A stretch of DNA of 64,000 nt from positions 2,624,001 to 2,688,000 of the forward strand of contig CAVVPN010000003.1 of the NCBI GenBank assembly GCA_963750165.1, written 5' to 3'. The notes beneath the pieces are model-generated. The model did not search any database, was not told the DNA's origin, and was given only the letters and a program-made list of their open reading frames with translations. Position numbers and translations under genes: made by a program. The stretch's first letter is position 1. Each line of letters starts with the position of its first letter. Positions 33,406 to 45,107 of the stretch are shown here, piece by piece. The stretch comes from an uncultured Gemmataceae bacterium. Lineage in GTDB: Bacteria > Planctomycetota > Planctomycetia > Gemmatales > Gemmataceae.

Positions 33406-36039
33406 TTACCGGATCGTCACGAACTCATGATGATTCATCAACACGTGAATAAAATTCTCGCGCGCCCGCAGCACCGGGTCCGCCGCCGGCAACCGGCCCT
33501 CGGGGTCGGCCGGCGCCGCTTTGCCGGGCTGCAGCGCCTGCGCCTGCTGCTTCAGAAACGCTGTGCATTCGCTCAGCTCGGCGGCCGTCGGTGTCCGCGT
33601 CAACACCTGCTCGAACGCCGCGGTCACGAACGCCGCGTCGTCCTTGACCTGCGCCGACAGCGACCGCGCCAGCAGCCGGGCGTGCCTGCGCACCAACGCG
33701 CTATTGCTGAGCGCCAGCGCCTGCTGCGGCACAACGCTGTGCTTGCGCTCGTAGCACTCGACCACGGAGGGGCCATCGAAGATCGCCAGAAACTCCATCT
33801 GCTTCTCGGCGGCGCTCTGGAAGTAGAGACTGCGGCGCGGCACCGTCAGGCCCTGGGTGTGCGGCAGGTCGGGGCCGCCGCGCGTCAGGTCGAGTTTGCC
33901 GGCGACGTGGAATATGCTGTCGCGCACCACCTCCGCCTCGGCGCGGCGCGGGGCCAGCCGCCACAGGTATTTGTTGTCGCGGTCGCGCTTCAGGTTGTGC
34001 TCGTCCGGCGTTGAGGCCAGGCGGTAGACGCTGCTGGTGACGATCAGGCGGTGCAGGTGCTTCATGCTCCAGCCATGTTCCATGAACTCCGCCGCGAGCC
34101 AGTCGAGCAGCGCCGGGTGCGACGGCAGCCGGCCGTTGCGGCCGAAGTCGAAGACGCTCGGCACCAGCGCCTGGCCGAGGTGACGCAGCCAGATGTGATT
34201 GACCGCGACCCGGGCCGTTAGCGGGTTGTCACGATGGGCGATCCAGCGCGCGAAGGCGAGGCGGCGGCCGGTGCTGGTTGCGGGGTAGCTGAGTTTGGAG
34301 CGCGGCGTGTAGAAGATGGTCAGCGGCTGCTGCAGCGCCGCCTGAGCCTTCGCCAGTGCGTCGTCGGCCAAGGAAATCGCCGCGGCGGCCGCGTTTTTCT
34401 TGCCACCGCCGACCGGCGTCTTGGCCAGCGCCGCCGCCACCAGTTTCTTCTTCCGGGCGTCGAACCAGGCCGCCTCGCGCTGCGCGGCGAGCGTGACCCT
34501 GGCCAACCACACCCACTCGGGGGAGTCCTGCTTGCCGGCGTCCTGCAAGGCCTCCGCCTGCAGTTCCGTCTCCACCGCCTCAAGGCGTGCGCGGGCCAGC
34601 TGGGCGTCCAGTTCCATCAGCGCATCGCCGGGCTTTGCCTTCAGCGCCGCCTCCGCTTTGGATAATGCGGCTTTGGCGGCGGTCAGCGCTTCCTGCTTGA
34701 CGAACTCGCGTTTGTCCGGGTTCTGTGCGGTTAGCGACAACTTCACCGGCTTAACCGCGAACGTGCCGCCGAGCGCTTCCAGCACGCCGGGGGCCAGCGG
34801 CGTTTTGTCCGGTGTGCGGTCGTCGCCGCGCAGGAACAGGAACGTTTTCGCGTCCAACTCCTTGTCGTAGACGCGCGCGACGCCATCCTTCAACAGGTTT
34901 GGCTGGCTGGGGACGCGATCAATGCGGACGTGGTGCGGCTCAAAAATGGCACGCACCCGATAGTATTCCTTCTGCGAAATCGGGTCGTACATGTGATCGT
35001 GGCATTTGGCACAGCCGAGCGTCAAGCCGAGGAACGCTTGCGCCGTGTGATCCACCGTGTCCTGCAGCCATTTCTCGCGGCTCAGCAGCTTGAAGTTGCG
35101 CACCAGGTAGCCCGTGGCCCGCAGCGCCTGCGGGTCGTCCGGCGTCAGTTCGTCGGCCGCGAGCATGTCCACGATCATGCGGTCGTAGCCGCGGTCGGCG
35201 TTGAGCGACTCGACGATCCAGTCACGCCAGCGCCAGACGTGCGGCTGACTGTCGCGCACCTGCGACCCGTAGCCGGCCCAGTCGCTGTAGCGCCACACGT
35301 CCATCCAGTGCCGCGCCCAGCGCTCGCCGTATTGCGGGCTCGCCAGCAACCGCTCGACCACCTGCTCGTAAGCGTCCGGCGATCTGTCTGCCAGGAAGGC
35401 GTGCAGCTGTTCGCGCGTCGGCGGCAGACCGATCAGGTCGAGGTAGACGCGGCGCAGCAGCACGGCGCGCGGCGCCTCGGGCCGTGGCTTCAGACCCAGC
35501 GCCTCGTGCTCGGTGGCGATGAAGGCGTCGATGGGGTTGCGCACCCAGGTGGCGTGCTTGACCGCCGGCACGGCGGGCCGCTTGACCACCTCGAAGGGCC
35601 GCCACGGGTAGCCGGCGCGGAAGCGGGCGAAGGCGGCGAGCAATTGCTTCGCCTCTTTCAGCTCCGAGGTGTCCGGTTTGTCGCCGGCCTCGCCGGGATA
35701 ATGGCCGGTGAGCAGCTCAAGCAAGTTGGACACGCCGTCGCCGTCGGCGTCCTCGCGGGCGATGGCGTCGAGGCGGTCGGCGATGGTCGTCTTTTTGCCA
35801 GCCTTCTTCAGTTCGCGGCGCACGACCACGAGGCGCTCGCCGAAGACGTTGTGCGGCCTGTCCGCGTCGCCGGGTTTGGCGCCGGGCCGGTCGGGCAGGT
35901 GGCAGGTGCGGCAGTCGTTGAGCTTTTTGGCCAGGAACGGCCCGAAATACTCGGCCAGCGCCTGCTTGTGGGCGGGGCGGGCGGTCGCGGCGGGCGCGGC
36001 CAGCAGCACGACGAACAGCGGCAGAAGGGTGCGACGCAT
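33406..36039 (-). CDS. DUF1549/DUF1553 (PSD1) cytochrome c-type protein
   Basis: CRTCH, CAKCHDH, NPIDAFI, YGERWARHWMDVWRYSD, NPLTARV.VN, PSHPALLDWLA, PQQAL. Confidence 0.92.
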   Translation of the reverse strand: MRRTLLPLFVVLLAAPAATARPAHKQALAEYFGPFLAKKLNDCRTCHLPDRPGAKPGDADRPHNVFGERLVVVRRELKKAGKKTTIADRLDAIAREDADGDGVSNLLELLTGHYPGEAGDKPDTSELKEAKQLLAAFARFRAGYPWRPFEVVKRPAVPAVKHATWVRNPIDAFIATEHEALGLKPRPEAPRAVLLRRVYLDLIGLPPTREQLHAFLADRSPDAYEQVVERLLASPQYGERWARHWMDVWRYSDWAGYGSQVRDSQPHVWRWRDWIVESLNADRGYDRMIVDMLAADELTPDDPQALRATGYLVRNFKLLSREKWLQDTVDHTAQAFLGLTLGCAKCHDHMYDPISQKEYYRVRAIFEPHHVRIDRVPSQPNLLKDGVARVYDKELDAKTFLFLRGDDRTPDKTPLAPGVLEALGGTFAVKPVKLSLTAQNPDKREFVKQEALTAAKAALSKAEAALKAKPGDALMELDAQLARARLEAVETELQAEALQDAGKQDSPEWVWLARVTLAAQREAAWFDARKKKLVAAALAKTPVGGGKKNAAAAAISLADDALAKAQAALQQPLTIFYTPRSKLSYPATSTGRRLAFARWIAHRDNPLTARVAVNHIWLRHLGQALVPSVFDFGRNGRLPSHPALLDWLAAEFMEHGWSMKHLHRLIVTSSVYRLASTPDEHNLKRDRDNKYLWRLAPRRAEAEVVRDSIFHVAGKLDLTRGGPDLPHTQGLTVPRRSLYFQSAAEKQMEFLAIFDGPSVVECYERKHSVVPQQALALSNSALVRRHARLLARSLSAQVKDDAAFVTAAFEQVLTRTPTAAELSECTAFLKQQAQALQPGKAAPADPEGRLPAADPVLRARENFIHVLMNHHEFVTIR

Positions 36040-36155
36040 GGCGGGACCACTCGGGGATTCGCGGATGGAACGTCCTCATCGTAGCCCGGGGCGAGTTGCC
36101 AAGGCAAGCGTAATCCGCTGCCAGGTGCGGCCTGCGCGAACGGCGTCCGGGCGGC

Positions 36156-36203
36156 GCAAGGGTGCCAAGAATGCCAAGGGTGCCAACATTTTCGCACGTC
36201 GAG
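36156..36203 (-). repeat. 49-bp-family head + triad repeat copy
   Basis: Minus strand CTCGACGTGCGAAAATGTTGGCACCCTTGGCATTCTTGGCACCCTTGC. Confidence 0.8.
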
Positions 36204-36271
36204 TTTAGAGCAACCGAACCAACCAGCCTGCCAACTGCTCCGCCAGTCGAGGCCGTGGTGCCTTCTGCCTT

Positions 36272-36370
36272 GGAGGCGCCGAACAACAACTTCCAAGAGT
36301 AGGACGGCTCTCCAGAGCCGTCCCGACGGCTCTGGAGAGCCGTCCTACGAAGTTGTTGTTCGGCGCCTCC
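36272..36370. repeat. REP doublet nested in a 22-bp inverted repeat
   Basis: Doublet at 36299-36348; outer arms GGAGGCGCCGAACAACAACTTC / GAAGTTGTTGTTCGGCGCCTCC. Confidence 0.88.
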
Positions 36371-36434
36371 TTGTGGGCGGCGGGTGTCATATAAATACCT
36401 ACTGAAATCCACCGCAGCCCCTGTGAGATACACC

Positions 36435-38146
36435 ATGCTCCGCACGGCCCTGCCATTCTGTCTCGCCCTTTCTTTCTGCACTCCGGCTGCCGCAGGCGAT
36501 GCGCCGGAGGTCCAGAAAAGCCTCAAGGATCTGGCCGACAAGGATGCGAAGCAGCGCCTGGCCGCGGCGCGGCGCCTGTCGAACCCCCAGGCCGGCGGCA
36601 AGGAAGTCGTCGCCGCGCTCGGCAAGGCCGCCGCGGACGACGACCCGGCCGTGCGCGCGCCGCGCTGGACGCCCTGCGCCTGCGCGGCCCCGCCGCCGCC
36701 GCTGCCTTGTCCGATCTCAAGCAGGCGCTCAAGCACAGCGACGCCTTCACGCGCGAACGCGCCGCCGCCGCCCTGGCTGCCATCGGCCCGAAGGCGAAGG
36801 AGGCCGAGGCGCTGCTCGCCGCCGCCGTCCAGGATCGCGACACGATGGTCTGCCGCGCCGCCGCCCACGCCCTGGCCTGCATCGGTGCCACCAGCGCGGA
36901 CGCCCTGGAGGGCCTGCGCCGCGCCCTGACCGACGCGGATTTCGGCGTCCGCCTCGCCGCTGCCCGCGCCCTGACTGACCTGGCGCCGCACAACGAGGCG
37001 ATCATTCAGGCACTGACAGCGACGGCGCTCGCAGGCCGCAAGGCGGAGGTCAAGGACAGGAAGGCGCTGCCGAAGTTGCCCAAAAACGCCAGGGCCCGGG
37101 ACGACCAGACGGAGCTGCGCGTCCAGTCGCTGCGGGCGTTGGCGGCCATCGGGTCGGCGGCCCGATCGGTTGCCCCGAAGTTGACGCCCTTGCTCCGCGA
37201 CCTGGAAAAGGTCATCGTAGTCCGCACCGATAAGGGCAAGGATGTCGAACAGGAAGCGAGCGCGGAGCCGGACGTTGCGGTGCGTCTCCAGGCCATTGCC
37301 ACACTGCAAGCGCTCGGCGCCACGCAGGAGGCGGTAGGGGGGCCGCTGGAGAAGGCGCTGCAGGATCGCAACCCGATGGTGCGGTTGCACGCCGCCGCGG
37401 CGCTGCGGACAATGGGCGAACCCACCGAGAAACTGGCACAGCCCGTGCGGGAAGCGCTGGCGTCGCCGGACGGGCGGGTGCGTTACCGGGCGGCGGTCCT
37501 GTTGACGGACTGGGGCCAGGACACCGACGGCAAGGCGGTGCAGGCCCTCCTTGGTTTGGTGGGCGACAAGCAGGAAAGCCCGGCCGTGCGCCGCGCCGCC
37601 GCCGCGACCCTGGCACGGTTGAAGCAGCACCTGGGCCTGGTGGAGGTGTACGTGCTCGGGGCCGTGACCGACCCCAACCCGGTCATCCGTGGCGAGGCGC
37701 TGCGGTTGCTGGAACTGCTGCCAGCATCGAAACAGCTGTCGGCTGCGGACAGGCTCAAGCGCCTGCGCGACGGCCTCAAGGATTCCAGCCCGTACGTCCA
37801 GCGGATGGCGGTGCGGACGCTCGGCGGCCTCGGCGCTGCCGCGAAGGAAACCGTCCCCGCGCTGAAAAAACTGCTCGACGCGAAGGACCTGGACCTGAGC
37901 CTGGAGGCGGCGCTGGCGCTGGTGCGCATCGACTCGAAGAACCAGGAAGCGGCCGAGTTGCTGACGAAGCGCCTCGGGCGGCCCTGGGTGCGTGGCGGTC
38001 GCGTCGGCTACCTCAAGACGCTGGCCGCGTCGAAGGCGGAGTTGCAGGCGCTGGACGGATGGTTCCAGGATTTGGCCGCGCACGACCCCGAGCCCGCGGT
38101 GCGCCGGCTGGCCGCGTCGGTGAAGGACAGGGCGAAAAAGCAGTGA
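36435..38146 (+). CDS. Secreted HEAT-repeat protein (frameshift near 36660)
   Basis: Signal peptide; repeated AL.D.D..VR..AA.AL units. Confidence 0.85.
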
Positions 38147-38312
38147 GCGCTTCTTTTCTGCCGCTTGCGGATCAGGGTGTTCGCGGCAGCCGACGCCTGG
38201 AAAGCACCCGTCTTGCCCCGCAACCGAAGGGGCGCATAATAGATTCTGTGGACGCAGAACAGACCTACCACGAATGCTCGGCGACACCCTCACCGGAGTC
38301 AGGCCTCAACTT

Positions 38313-40805
38313 ATGCGACCCACCGCCACCATCTTTGTTGTTGCGCTGGTCCTGACCGTAAGTTTTGTCGGCGTCACCGCAGCCGGGGCGGCGGCGCAAA
38401 AGCCCGCTGCCTTGACGAAAGAAGGCGTGGCGTTCTTCGAGAAGTACATCCGTCCGGTCCTGGCCGAGCGCTGTTACGAGTGTCATTCGACGCAGTCCAA
38501 AAAGGTGAAGGGCGAACTGCTGCTCGATTCGCAACCGGGCATGGCCAGGGGGGCGCCAACGGCCCAGTCCTGGTCCCCGGCGATGTCGAAAAAAGCCGGC
38601 TGATCCAGGCCATCCGCTGGACCGACTCCGACTTCGCCATGCCGCCCAAGGCCAAGCTGTCGCCGCAGCAAATCGAGCGCTTCGAGCAGTGGGTCAAGAT
38701 GGTGCGCCGGACCCGCGCACCAAGGTGGTGTCAGCAGCGCCCAAGAAAACGCTCGCCTCCGACCTGGAGGCCGGTCGCAAGTGGTGGGCGTTTCTTCCGG
38801 TGAACCCGGTGGCCGCGCCGGTGGTCAAGCAATCGGCATGGGCCAGGAAGAAAAGCGACTTTTTCGTGCTGCACGAACTCGAAGCGAAAAAAATCGCCCC
38901 GTCGCCCCGCGCCGATCCCCGCACGCTCATTCAACGCGCTTACCTCGACCTCACCGGCCTGCGCCCCAGCTACGAACAAACCGAGGCCTTCGCCAAAAAT
39001 CCCACCGATCAGGCCTACGCACAGATCGTCGAACAACTCCTCGCCTCGCCCCAGTATGGCCAGCGCTGGGGCCGCTACTGGCTCGATGTCGTCCGCTACG
39101 GCGAGGACAACCCGACCTCCGAAGCCACCAACCGGCCCTATCCCTATGCGTGGCGCTACCGTGACTGGGTCATTGATGCCATCAACCGCGACGTGCCGTA
39201 CAACCAGTTCGTCGCGCTGCAGCTCGCCGCCGACCTGATCCCGAAGACGCCCCGCGGCGACCTCGTCGCCACCGGCTTCCTGGCGCGGGGCCGATCTATC
39301 ACAAGGACGGCCGCCTGTCCAAGGAGGTCATCGAAAACCTCTACATGGATGATTGGGACGAGCGCGTGGACGTGGTTTCCCGCGGCGTGCTCGGGCTCAC
39401 CGTGGCCTGTGCCCGCTGTCACGATCACAAGTTCGACCCGATCTCCAGCCGCGATTACTACGCCCTGGCCGGGGTCTTCGCCTCCACGGTCGCCGCCCCC
39501 CGCCCTCTGGCCGCCGTCGATCCCCAGGTCGAAACGCGCTTCATGGCCGCGACCCAGCGTCTTTTCTACGTCAGCTACCTCGCCAATTTGATGCGCAGCG
39601 AACCGGGAACCAGGCCGAAGGCAGCCCGGAAAAAGGTCGAGCAGTTCATCAAGGAACTGGACAGTATTGAGGCCGAGATCGCCGACCTCCGCGACCAGTA
39701 TCCCGCGCTTCATGCCCACCTCGCCCGCCTGGACAAGCGGCCGGCGCCTTACGAAACCAGGCCGGGCACCAGGACGGCCCCGCCGGCGGGGAAGCAAAAA
39801 AAGAAACGCGGCGACGGCGCCGAACCGTATTTCCATTCGGTCTTTGACGCCGGCCTGTGGGTGGACGGCACCGACCCGGACCTGACGCTGCTCGACATCC
39901 GGCCCGGCCAGCCCCGCGACCTGCGCGTGCTCGCCGGCGGCAACGTCGCCAAGCCCGGCGAAGTCGCCTCGCGTGGCTTCCCGGCCGTCCTGGCGAAGGG
40001 TGACCCCAAATTTCACCACGGCTCGGGCCGGCGGGAACTGGCGGCAAAAATCTTTACCGACGCCGCCCCGCTCGCCGCCCGGGTCATCGTCAATCGCGTC
40101 TGGGGCTGGCACTTCGGCAAGCCGCTGGTCGAGACGCCGAGCGATTTCGGCACCCAGGGCGAGAAACCGTCGCACCCCCAGTTGCTCGACGACCTGGCCG
40201 CGCGTTTCATCGCCCACGGCTGGTCGCTCAAATGGCTACACCGCGAGATCATGCTCTCCGCCGCCTACCAGCAGGCCAGCCGCCCGCGCCCCGACGCCGC
40301 CAAACTCGACCCCGGCAATCGCCTGCTGTGGCGGATGAACCCGCGCCGCCTCGACATCGAGGCGTATCGCGACTGCCTCCTGCAAGCGACCGGCAGTCTG
40401 GACACCCGTCTGGGCGGCCCGTCCACGGATCTCGACCAGTCCGGCAACAAGCGCCGCACCGTGTACGGCCGTGTCAGCCGCGGGCGCGTCAATGGCCTGC
40501 TGGCACTTTACGGCTTCCCCGAAGCGACGATGCACAGCCCCGGCCGCGAGACCACGACCACGCCGCTGCAGCAACTGTTCGTTCTGAACAGTCCGTTCCT
40601 GCGCGACCGGGCCGCCGCGCTCGTCGGCAGTGTCGCGCAGGAGCCGGACGGGAACGCGAAGGTGCGTGCCCTGTACCGCCGGGTGCTGGCCCGCGACCCC
40701 AGCCCGCGCGAGTTGACGCTGGCGAACGCCTACCTCGCTGGCGGCAGCCTGACCGATTACACCCACGCGCTGCTCTGCACCAACGAGGTCATTTACTGGC
40801 CGTGA
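38313..40805 (+). CDS. PSCyt1 + DUF1549 + DUF1553 cytochrome c protein (about 3 frameshifts)
   Basis: [60 protein letters not shown]. Confidence 0.88.
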
Positions 40806-40825
40806 ACAAGTCTAGGAGGCTCACG

Positions 40826-42286
40826 ATGCGAATGCCCACATCGATCCTGGCCCTGCTGGCGGCCACACTCCTGGTGTCGCCCATCTGCCCTCAAGAGGGT
40901 GGGGCGCCGGCAAGCAAGGAACAGTCCGATGCGTCGGTCAAGAAGGTGAAGGAACTCCGGAAGGAGCGGATCGCCGTCTTGAAGAACCTGACTGAAGCAG
41001 TCGGTGTCTTGTACAAGAGCATGAGAACGAACACGTCGATCGACGACGTGTTTGAGGCGCGGCAGCTGCTGATCGCGGCGGAACTGGAGGCTGCGGAAAC
41101 GGAGGCGGAGCGCGTCGAACTCTACAAGAACCTCGTCGCCGTGCTGAAGCAGCAGGAGTCGTTGGCCGACCAGCGCGTCAAGGCGACGCGAGGAACCATG
41201 GTGAGCGTCCTCAAGGTGAAAGCGAAGCGCCTGGAAGCCGAGATCCACCTGGAGCAAGCGAAGGCTAACCTGGAGCAAACGCAGGCGAAAATGCCCGAGG
41301 TGAAGCACCAGAAGATTGTGGTCACCAGCCCCAGGGCCAAGGACATCATCATCACCCAGCAGTACGTCTGCCAGATCCATTCACACCACCACATCAAGGT
41401 CCGTTCTTTGCAGAAGGGGTATCTTGAGGAGATCCCGGTCAAAGAGGGCCAGGTTGTGAAGAAGGGCGCGGTGCTGTTCAAGATCCTGCCAACGCTCTAC
41501 AAGGCAAAACTGGACGCCGAGTTGGCCGAGGCCCTGCTCGCGGAGTTGGAATTCAAGAACACCAAAAAGTTGTACGAGCAGAAAGTGATCGGTCCGCAGG
41601 AGGTGGCATTGTACGAGGCCAAACTGGCCCGGGCCCGGGCCAAGGCGGAGCTGGCGAAAGCCGAATTGAACTTTACCGAGGTGAGGGCGCCATTCGACGG
41701 CCGCATCGGCCGCCAGCACGAGCAGCAGGGTAGCCTGGTCAAGGAAGGGGACGTCCTCACGACCCTGTCCGACAACAGCGTGCTGTGGGTTTATTTCAAC
41801 GTGCCCGAGATCCGCTACCTCGAATACAAGGCCAACCCGGGTAAGGAGTGGAAAATCGAACTCGTGCTGGCCAACGGTAGCAAATTCGCGGATAGCAATA
41901 CCGGCAAGGTGATCGCCGGCAAGATCAGTGCGAACGAGGCCGACTTCAACAACGAGTCCGGGACCGTCACCTTCCGCGCGGATTTTCCCAACCCGGAAGA
42001 CCTGCTGCGCAATGGGATGACCGGCAAGGTGTTGATCCACCGGACGTTGACAAACGCCATCGTCATCCCTCAGCGGGCGACGTTCGAGATACTCGACCAG
42101 CGGTACGTTTACGTCGTCGATAAGGGCGGCCTGGTGCATCAGCGCAAGATCATCGTCCAGAACGAAGTGGGGGACCTCTTCGTCGTCACCAAGGGAGTTG
42201 GCGTGGACGATCGGATCATTCTCGAGGGGATTCGACAGGTGCGCGACGGCGAGAAGGTGGAATACGAGTTCCGTCCCCCAAAATAG
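40826..42286 (+). CDS. Efflux RND periplasmic adaptor (MFP) with N-terminal coiled-coil extension
   Basis: AGGAGG RBS; GYLEEI.VKEGQ.VKKG..LF, VRAPFDGRIG, FPNPEDLLRNG. Confidence 0.87.
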   Translation: MRMPTSILALLAATLLVSPICPQEGGAPASKEQSDASVKKVKELRKERIAVLKNLTEAVGVLYKSMRTNTSIDDVFEARQLLIAAELEAAETEAERVELYKNLVAVLKQQESLADQRVKATRGTMVSVLKVKAKRLEAEIHLEQAKANLEQTQAKMPEVKHQKIVVTSPRAKDIIITQQYVCQIHSHHHIKVRSLQKGYLEEIPVKEGQVVKKGAVLFKILPTLYKAKLDAELAEALLAELEFKNTKKLYEQKVIGPQEVALYEAKLARARAKAELAKAELNFTEVRAPFDGRIGRQHEQQGSLVKEGDVLTTLSDNSVLWVYFNVPEIRYLEYKANPGKEWKIELVLANGSKFADSNTGKVIAGKISANEADFNNESGTVTFRADFPNPEDLLRNGMTGKVLIHRTLTNAIVIPQRATFEILDQRYVYVVDKGGLVHQRKIIVQNEVGDLFVVTKGVGVDDRIILEGIRQVRDGEKVEYEFRPPK

Positions 42287-42355
42287 GAAAAGCCTGTTGT
42301 TCCATGGGAGCGAGCCGCCTCGTAGAATCGGGTGCATTCCAGAGAGGGCCGTCCG

Positions 42356-43237
42356 ATGGCTGCTGAGGAGGGGTTGCGCGACTGGCACCGGCTGTTCGGG
42401 CTGCTGCTGACCGACTTCTTCAGCGGCTCGCCCTTCGTCGTCGAGGTCGAGCGCGACCTGTCGGTGCAGCAGCAGTTCCTCGACGTGCTCATCGTCCGCC
42501 GCAGCCGCGGGCGCTTCGCCGGCCGCCTGCCCGACGGCCTGGAGGGGCTGCGGCCGCACAACCTGATGACGTTCAAGTCGCACCACGAGGCGCTGGACGG
42601 CTTCGCAATGAAGGAACTGGTTGGCGCGGACGTGGCTTACCGCAAGTACGTCAGTCCGTCGCCAGCCGAACGGCTGCCCGACGAGCAGTTCGGCCTGTAC
42701 GCGGTGGCCGCCCGCTTCCCGCATAACCTGGCGCAGCAGGTTCCCTGGCAGCAGGTTCAGGCCGGCGTGTATGATTGCCGCTGGGGAACCGACATTGTGC
42801 GCGTCATCGTCGCGGGGGAACTGCCGCGCGAGCCGCACAACGCGCCCCTGCATCTGTTCAGCGCCTCGCCGGAGTTGGTGAGCTTCGCTACCGGTGCCTA
42901 CCGGCGGCGCTCGCAGTACACAAGCGCGCTGCTGAGGCAGCTATTCGAGCGGTTCCAGGGGGAGGGTCTGACCATGACCTACACGATGGAAGATTTCATG
43001 CGCCAGTTCGTCAAGGAGCACTTCGCGCAACTGTCGCCGGAGGAGCAGCGCGAAGCATTGGAGCGACTCTCCCCCGAACGCCGCCGCCAGTACATCAAGG
43101 AGCACTTCGCGCTGCTATCGCCGGAGGAGCAGCGCGAAGCGCTGGAGGGCCTGTCCGAGGAGCAACTCCGGCAGCTGTTGGACCGGCCGGCCGAGGGCCG
43201 GACGCCCCGGCCGCGCAAATCGCGGCGGAAGAAGTGA
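42356..43237 (+). CDS. Rpn-like hypothetical protein with duplicated C-terminal repeats
   Basis: WHRLFG, DLS..QQFLDVLI, HNLMTFKS; tandem KEHFAxLSPEEQREALExL. Confidence 0.7.
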   Translation: MAAEEGLRDWHRLFGLLLTDFFSGSPFVVEVERDLSVQQQFLDVLIVRRSRGRFAGRLPDGLEGLRPHNLMTFKSHHEALDGFAMKELVGADVAYRKYVSPSPAERLPDEQFGLYAVAARFPHNLAQQVPWQQVQAGVYDCRWGTDIVRVIVAGELPREPHNAPLHLFSASPELVSFATGAYRRRSQYTSALLRQLFERFQGEGLTMTYTMEDFMRQFVKEHFAQLSPEEQREALERLSPERRRQYIKEHFALLSPEEQREALEGLSEEQLRQLLDRPAEGRTPRPRKSRRKK

Positions 43238-43308
43238 CAGGGCAGCGTTCGCAGGGACATACGGATCGCGAAATCAGCGTGAAACACCAGTGAGGTAATC
43301 TTCCGGCC

Positions 43309-44670
43309 ATGAACCAACCTATCTCGCGACGTGCAATGCTCCGCACCCTGGGCGCGGGCCTCGGCTCGGTCGCGCTCCATGGCCTGCTGGCCGACGAGCG
43401 GGCCCGCGCAGCGACCACGCCGGCGCCGCACTTCGCCGCAAAGGCGAAGCACAACATCGTCCTGTTCATGCCCGGCGGTCCGTCGCAGATCGATCTGTTC
43501 GACCCCAAACCCGCACTGCGGCGCTACGTCGGCCAGCGTCCCGATGCCGTCAACCTGCGCACCGAACGCACCACCGGCGGCCTGCTCCCGTCCCCCTTCG
43601 TCTTCCGCAAGCACGGCCGGGCCGGTCTCGAAATCAGCGAACTGCTGCCCAACCTCGCCGCGCTCGCCGACGACCTCTGTGTTGTCCGGTCGCTGCACAC
43701 GTTCAACCCCACGCACACGCCCGCGCGCAGCCTGTTCCACACCGGCAACATCGCCGCCACCCGGCCCTCGATGGGCTCGTGGATTTCGTACGGTCTGGGC
43801 TCCGAAAACCAGAACCTGCCGGGGTTCGTCGTCCTCAGCCCCGGCGGTGGCGGCGGTCCCGGCCTGCGCAGCGGCTTCCTGCCCGCGCACCATCAGGGCA
43901 CCGCGTTCGACGATGCCGTCACCGATCCGGAACGGATGATCCGCCACCTGCGAAACCGGCAACTCACGCCCACCGCCCAGCGCCAGCAGCTGGACCTGGT
44001 GCAACAACTCAACCGCGACCACGAACGAACCGTCGGCGGGGACGAATTGCTCGAAGCCCGCATCCAGGCCATGGAAACCGCCTTCCGCATGCAGACCGAG
44101 GCCACGGACGCCTTCGACGTGCGCGGCGAGCCCGCGGCCGTGCGCGAACAGTACGGGTGGTCGCCGTTCGCCAACGGCTGCCTGCTGGCGCGCCGCCTCG
44201 TGGAGCGCGGCGTGCGCACCGTGCATGTCTACTACGGCCCCGGCCAGCCCTGGGACGACCACGGCCGGATCGCGCAGAACCTGCGCGGCCGCTGCCCGGA
44301 CATGGACCGCGCCTCTGCCGCCCTGATTCGGGACCTCAAACGCCGGGGCCTGCTCGACGAAACCGCCGTGGTCTGGGGCGGCGAATTCGGCCGCACGCCC
44401 GTTTCCGAGAGTGGCGACGGCCGGGACCACAACCCCTACGGCTTCACGATGTTCATGGCCGGCGGCGGCTTCAAGGGCGGCACCTGCCACGGTGCCACGG
44501 ACGAATTCGGTTTCCGCGCCGTCGAGGATCGCGTCTCCATCCACGACCTGCACGCCACGCTGCTGCACGTGCTCGGCATCGACCACGAACGGCTCACGTA
44601 CCGCTACGCCGGCCGCGACTTTCGGCTGACAGATGTGTATGGCGAGGTCGTCCAGGAGCTGCTGGTGTAA
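43309..44670 (+). CDS. DUF1501 domain protein
   Basis: [51 protein letters not shown]. Confidence 0.93.
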   Translation: MNQPISRRAMLRTLGAGLGSVALHGLLADERARAATTPAPHFAAKAKHNIVLFMPGGPSQIDLFDPKPALRRYVGQRPDAVNLRTERTTGGLLPSPFVFRKHGRAGLEISELLPNLAALADDLCVVRSLHTFNPTHTPARSLFHTGNIAATRPSMGSWISYGLGSENQNLPGFVVLSPGGGGGPGLRSGFLPAHHQGTAFDDAVTDPERMIRHLRNRQLTPTAQRQQLDLVQQLNRDHERTVGGDELLEARIQAMETAFRMQTEATDAFDVRGEPAAVREQYGWSPFANGCLLARRLVERGVRTVHVYYGPGQPWDDHGRIAQNLRGRCPDMDRASAALIRDLKRRGLLDETAVVWGGEFGRTPVSESGDGRDHNPYGFTMFMAGGGFKGGTCHGATDEFGFRAVEDRVSIHDLHATLLHVLGIDHERLTYRYAGRDFRLTDVYGEVVQELLV

Positions 44671-44807
44671 CCCCGTGGCGCCGCGGCAATGCCTTGCCCT
44701 GGGGCAGTGATCCAAAACGCAATGGAGGGGAGTCACCGGGCCACCGGGTCACCATGTCGGAATCCGATGCCGTCCCATGCCGCCCGCTGCCATCCAGAGT
44801 AACCGGG

Positions 44808-45107
44808 GCGAAAAGGGGGCCAGGTCAGGTTTCACACGATTTTGAGAATCGTATGAAAACTGACCTGGCCCCCCTTTTCGCTTCCGGCGCTGGCCGCGGC
44901 CTGCGGTGACGTGCAGACGCGCGGAGCATGCGGAGACTTCTCGTCACCAATTTAAGACTGTCCGGGTGGCTTGTCGTTTTCCCGGCGTTTCTTACTTGCA
45001 ATCCGAAAAGGGGGCGGTTACGCGGCCGCCAGCGTAAAACTGGGAAAACCGAGGCGCGGCGAGCGCCCCAATCCATGTTCGGCCTTGTAGCCGTAAATAA
45101 TGACCCC
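44808..45107 (-). mobile_element. Copy A (inverted, truncated) of a GGGGTCA-bounded non-autonomous element
   Basis: 74-bp hairpin 44808-44881, then the reverse complement of the shared body, ending TGACCCC at 45107. Confidence 0.8.
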
